Assembly: GCA_003020965.1 (NCBI GenBank)
Contig: PXRL01000023.1
Coordinates: 37,926 to 101,925 of the forward strand
DNA from: Halobacteriales archaeon QS_4_69_225
Lineage (GTDB): Archaea; Halobacteriota; Halobacteria; Halobacteriales; Haloarculaceae
Length of the DNA: 64,000 bases
Reading direction: 5' to 3'
How positions within the stretch are numbered: position 1 is the stretch's first letter; every line of letters begins with the position of its first letter. This document shows positions 59,918 to 64,000 of this stretch, one piece after another. The notes below the pieces were generated by a model. The model had not been told where the DNA came from. It saw only the letters and a program-made list of their open reading frames with translations, and searched no databases. Made by a program: the position numbers and the translations under genes.

Positions 59918-61383
59918 ATGAGCGAAGGCGGACGCAAGGGTGGTGAGTACCGATACCATGATGACACGTTGCGTATCCTCCACGTCGACGACAGCCAGGC
60001 GTTCTTGGAGATGACCGAGACGTACCTCGACAGGGAAATCTCCGACGCGGACGTGACGGCGGTGACGAGACCGACCGAGGCCGTCGACCTCCTCAGCGAG
60101 CGGTCCTTCGACTGTCTCGTCAGCGACTACGAGATGCCCGGGACCGACGGGCTAGAACTGCTGGAGCGTGTCCGGGAGACGCACCCGAACCTCCCGTTCC
60201 TGCTGTACACTGGGAAGGGCAGCGAGTCGATCGCGAGTCGGGCGGTCAACGCCGGCGTCACCGGCTACCTCCAGAAGGGCGGGCCCGAACAGTACGAACG
60301 GCTCGCAAACAGGGTCACTCACGCGGCCGCGGAGTACCGCGCGACGCTCGAGTCCGAGCGGTACTCCGCCGCCCTTCGGGGGCTCGGGTACCCGACGTAC
60401 GTCGTCAACTCCCGTGGGCGGTTCAGCTACGTCAACGGGGCGTTCGCGGATCTCACCGGCTACGACCCCGAGCGGCTGGTGGGGTCGGAGCCGTCGCTGG
60501 TCAAGACCGAGGCAAGCGCCGAGCGGGCGGACGAGGCGCTGCGGTCGGTCGTCTCGTCGTCGGGCCCGGACGTCGAACAGTTCGAAATCGAGATTCGCAC
60601 GGCCGACGACGAGATCGTCCCCTGTCAGGACCACATCGTGCCGCTGCCGTTCGAGACGGAGTACCGTGGCTGTACCGGGATTCTCCGCGACATCACCGCC
60701 CAGCACCGTCGGCGCGAAAAGCTCGCCAGGAAGAACAAGCGGCTGGAGTACTTCATCTCCGCGGCAGCTCACGACCTTCGGAATTCACTGATGACCGCAC
60801 AGGCGGCGGTGCCGCCCGCCCGGCCGGCTGCCGACTCGGAGTGTTTCGACCAGCTCGAGGACGCCCACGACCGCTTAGAGCGGATACTCGACGAACTGTT
60901 GACGGTCGCCCACAAAGGGACGGACACGGCCGTCACCGAGTCGGTCGACCTCGACGAGGCGGCCGGCGCCGCGTGGGAGAGCGTCGATTCGGACGCCGCC
61001 GACCTCTCGGTGGAAGACTGAGGGCGGTCGGGGCGAGTCCCACCAGACTCCGTCGGTCGTTCGAGAACCCGTTCCAGAACGCGGTCGCACACGGCGGCGA
61101 GACGGTCGACGTCACGTTCGGAACGGTCGACGACGGCGCCGGGTTCTACGTCGCCGACGACGGTCCTGGCGTTCCCTCGAACGACCGCGAGGCGGCGTTC
61201 GAACCCGGCTACACGGCGGGAGACGACGACGCCGGATTCGGCCTCTCGATCGTCCGCCGGATCGCCGACGCGCACGACTGGACGGTGTCGGTAAGCGAAA
61301 GCGCCGACGGAAGAGCACGGTTCGAGATTACGAACGTCGACCGCACGTCCGCCGACGCACACCACGTGGAGTCGACGCCGTGA
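59918..61383 (+). pseudogene. Receiver-PAS-histidine kinase, frameshifted near 61020
   Basis: ILHVDD, SDYEMP, PAS domain, AAHDLRN, then TGA at 61019-21; the HATPase (FQNAVAHGG, VADDGPG, GFGLSIV) continues in another frame to 61383. Confidence 0.8.
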
Positions 61384-61797
61384 TCGGGTAAACCGGCAGT
61401 AGTCCGGGCGGGCCGCCCGAAGCGCGCGGCCCGCCGTGGCCTCCGGGCTCCGACCAGGCGGAGATCGGTCGAGAGGGTCGCCGGCGTCTCGGCATCCACC
61501 CGGTGGATTCGGATCGGCACGGGTCACACGGACAGTCGCCCGCACCAACTGAGGGGGGCTCGCGGTCGGCCCCTATCGGGAGCAGGGAGGCACAGACGGA
61601 CGCACGGTTCCGAGAACGGCCTCGGCGCGGGGTTTCGAGGGCTCCGGGCAGGAGCGCGTGAAACGACGGCGACGGTGTTGCGAAACCGCTCGTCGCGTCG
61701 GCACCCGAGCCGGCGGACGTGGGGACGGTCGCGCTACGCCAACGACCGTCGGACGCGCCAGCAGTCGTGTATGGGCGTTTCGAGCGGATCGTAAGAG

Positions 61798-61908
61798 TGC
61801 TCGCTAGGGGATTTGAACCCCTGTCGTTGGCTCTCTTCGTTTCGAGGGAAACGATCCCTCAAAAAACACGAAAGGCCAACATGATTGGCCGTGCTACACC
61901 AAGCGAGC
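61798..61908 (-). tRNA. tRNA-Glu(UUC) with a 36-nt intron at 37/38 (61833-61868)
   Basis: GCTCGCT/AGCGAGC acceptor stem, TTGGC-CTTTCG^A-GCCAA anticodon arm, AGGGG-TTCAAAT-CCCCT T-arm; BHB formed by CUUU/GAAG with CGU and AGA bulges; TTTATAA box upstream. Confidence 0.92.
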
Positions 61909-61955
61909 ATCAAGTGAGGTTGCGTGTGCACAAGTTATAAACCTGTCTTTCCCGT

Positions 61956-62645
61956 TCAGTCTCCCTTCTCCGCCGGATGTTGGAGTTCGGTTTCGAACTT
62001 GAGTTCTCCGTGGTGGACGTTCATGTGACAGTCCCGACAGAGCAGAATGAGATTGTCCATGTCGTGTGCCTCGGAACGGCTCGCGCCGGGCGCGTCGATG
62101 AACTCTTGGACACGTATGATGTGGTGTACCTCCAGCCTCGCCTCGTCGTCGTCCGCACCACAGTTTTGACACACCTCGTCTCGACGGTTGACTGCCTTCC
62201 GGGCCGGGTTCCACCCTGGGCCGTAGTGATGCGTATGTCCTCCCTGCCAGTTCGGGTTGGACTCGCCGAGACGTGACTCCGACATCTTGGCCCGCGTTTC
62301 GGCCGATTTCTCCCGGCCTTCGAGCGCCCGAGATATTCTCTCTCTCGCCGATTCCGGAACTTCGTTACCGACGTGTGACTCCGACATTCGTTTCCTCGTC
62401 TCCTCCGAAAAGTCTCGCCCCTCCATCGTCTCGGCGATCCGCTCCCGGACCGACTCGTCTCTCGTTTCGCCGTACAGCGGGTGGTTTTCGCCCTCGATGT
62501 CGCGGGTCTCGATGCCGTGACGGTCCATCCACTCCCGGATCGTCCGCGGCGAGACGTCGCAGGCGTCGGCGATTTCTCGTTGGGTCCAGCCGTCGTCGCG
62601 GTAGCGGGCCGCGAGCCACTCGGGGTCGCGGTAGTGCGGCGGCAC
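61956..62645 (-). CDS. HNH endonuclease with N-terminal HTH and NUMOD3 repeats
   Basis: WTQREIADACDVS HTH; FSEETRKRMSESH and KSAETRAKMSESR NUMOD3; CQNCG...VHHI...NLILLCRDCH..H. Confidence 0.88.
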   Translation of the reverse strand: MPPHYRDPEWLAARYRDDGWTQREIADACDVSPRTIREWMDRHGIETRDIEGENHPLYGETRDESVRERIAETMEGRDFSEETRKRMSESHVGNEVPESARERISRALEGREKSAETRAKMSESRLGESNPNWQGGHTHHYGPGWNPARKAVNRRDEVCQNCGADDDEARLEVHHIIRVQEFIDAPGASRSEAHDMDNLILLCRDCHMNVHHGELKFETELQHPAEKGD

Positions 62646-62704
62646 GACGGGAGTTGGTTCCCCGACGGTACAAGAATGCACGCCGAGCCGAGGGTGCCGC
62701 CGGG

Positions 62705-63331
62705 TCAGGCGATGTCGCGGCTGGTGTCGATGTCGACCTCGTCGGATAGCTCCAGCTTGATCACGTCGGACAGCGCCCGGCCGCCGCGGAACTTCGGGAC
62801 CGCGAGGTGGTTCTCGATGCGGTCGCCCTTCACCGACGTCTCGAGTTCGAAGACGATGTCGGCCATGTGTTCGGTCGTGTCCCGCAGCGGCGGCACGTCG
62901 TGGCCGTCCAGACAGTGCAACAGCGCGATGCTACCGGTGTTGTAGATGTGGTTCTGTAGTTCGTTGAGGAAGTTGCGGTAGCGGGTCGCCTCCTGCCGCT
63001 CGAGCACGTCGACGGGGTCGACGATGAGGTTGGAGTCGTCGGGCAGCGCCGACACCAGCTTGGCGGCGTTGTCGAGCGGCGCCTCGCCGGCGATGTCCCG
63101 GACGGTCGGGTCGCCGGTGGAGGCGTCGGCGGTGTCGATGCTGGCCGCGACGAAGTCGCCGCGGCGGTCCAGGGAGAGATACAGCGTCCCGCGGGTGGCG
63201 GTGAGTTCGTAGAGGAACAGCTCGGCCTGGCTGGCCGGCTGGGCGGCGAGGGCGACGACGCTGCCCTCCGGGATCCCTCCGTCGAGCTTCCGGTCGAGGA
63301 CGTCGATCCCGGTCCGGAGACGCTCCGTCAT
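62705..63331 (-). CDS. RAD55/KaiC-like RecA-fold protein (degenerate Walker A)
   Basis: [51 protein letters not shown]. Confidence 0.85.
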   Translation of the reverse strand: MTERLRTGIDVLDRKLDGGIPEGSVVALAAQPASQAELFLYELTATRGTLYLSLDRRGDFVAASIDTADASTGDPTVRDIAGEAPLDNAAKLVSALPDDSNLIVDPVDVLERQEATRYRNFLNELQNHIYNTGSIALLHCLDGHDVPPLRDTTEHMADIVFELETSVKGDRIENHLAVPKFRGGRALSDVIKLELSDEVDIDTSRDIA

Positions 63332-63451
63332 CGGTACGTACTGGGATTCGAGGCGGCTAAAGGTTTCTGGCGGGTCGGCGGTCACGCCACCGGTTCACAC
63401 GGTGAAGGGCTGTCGGGGGATTCAAGACCGTCCGTTGCGGGTGTACCGCCA

Positions 63452-64000
63452 ATGCGTCACGACCACCTGCTCAGCGCGAAACAACTGTCCCGCGGCGACA
63501 TCGAGACGGTGTTGGACCGCGCCGCGGCGCTGGCCGACGACCTCGGGGCGGTCGCCGGCGCCCACGTCGACCGGCTGCTCGGGCTCTGCTTTTTCGAGCC
63601 CAGCACGCGGACGAAGATGTCCTTCGACGCCGCGATGAAGCGGCTCGGCGGCGACACGATCGACATGGGCGGCATCGACTCCTCGTCGGTGACGAAAGGC
63701 GAGAGCCTCGCCGACACCGTCCGGGTGATCGAGGGGTACGCCGACGCGCTCGTGCTCCGACACCCCTCGGAGGGGTCGGCCCAGTTGGCCAGCGAGTTCG
63801 TCGACGTGCCCGTCATCAACGCCGGCGACGGCGCCGGCCAGCACCCCACGCAGACGCTACTGGACCTCTACACCATCCGGGAGAACGCCGGCTTCGAGGA
63901 CCTGTCGGTCGGGATGATGGGCGACCTGAAGTACGGCCGGACGGTCCACTCGCTGGCGCACGCGCTGACGAACTTCGACGTCAGCCAGCACTTCATCAGC
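63452..64000 (+). CDS. pyrB: Aspartate carbamoyltransferase catalytic subunit (runs off the window)
   Basis: [47 protein letters not shown]. Confidence 0.96.
   Translation, partial: MRHDHLLSAKQLSRGDIETVLDRAAALADDLGAVAGAHVDRLLGLCFFEPSTRTKMSFDAAMKRLGGDTIDMGGIDSSSVTKGESLADTVRVIEGYADALVLRHPSEGSAQLASEFVDVPVINAGDGAGQHPTQTLLDLYTIRENAGFEDLSVGMMGDLKYGRTVHSLAHALTNFDVSQHFIS

Noticed and set aside
61798-61850. tRNA as an attachment site for an integrated element
   Set aside because: No integrase gene and no duplicate of this tRNA 3' end were seen in the window.
62705-63331. Degenerate Walker A in the RAD55-like protein as a novelty
   Set aside because: As far as I recall this variant is a common haloarchaeal subfamily feature. 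Nothing locus-specific is visible.

Overview
GC-rich haloarchaeal (Halobacteria) chromosomal window. The evidence is acidic proteins, TFB, CDC48, priS-GINS, PGF-CTERM surface proteins and a BHB-intron tRNA. Most genes are housekeeping: a menFDB-A-C-E menaquinone cluster, purA, pyrB, lipid and acyl-CoA enzymes and transporters. The unusual material is mostly non-coding. (1) There are four IS200/IS605-family elements: two carry tnpB and two are ORF-less with an omegaRNA-like 3' part. All sit at the stop codon of a convergent host gene, and their right-end tetranucleotide supplies that stop. (2) At least three families of 44-56 nt double-hairpin inserts occur inside these elements (twice in frame within tnpB) and inside mosaic intergenic MITE-like repeats. 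(3) A 57-nt anticodon-less tRNA-like element ends 2 nt before an ATG. It lies downstream of a leader peptide and a palindrome, and is divergent from an RNA-ligase-like gene lacking its catalytic Lys. (4) An intron-containing tRNA-Glu(UUC) lies directly downstream of a NUMOD3-HNH endonuclease gene. purA and a 3HCDH/ECH fusion gene appear to have in-frame internal deletions, and a sensor kinase is frameshifted. Product calls come from motif recognition by eye; no database searches were run.
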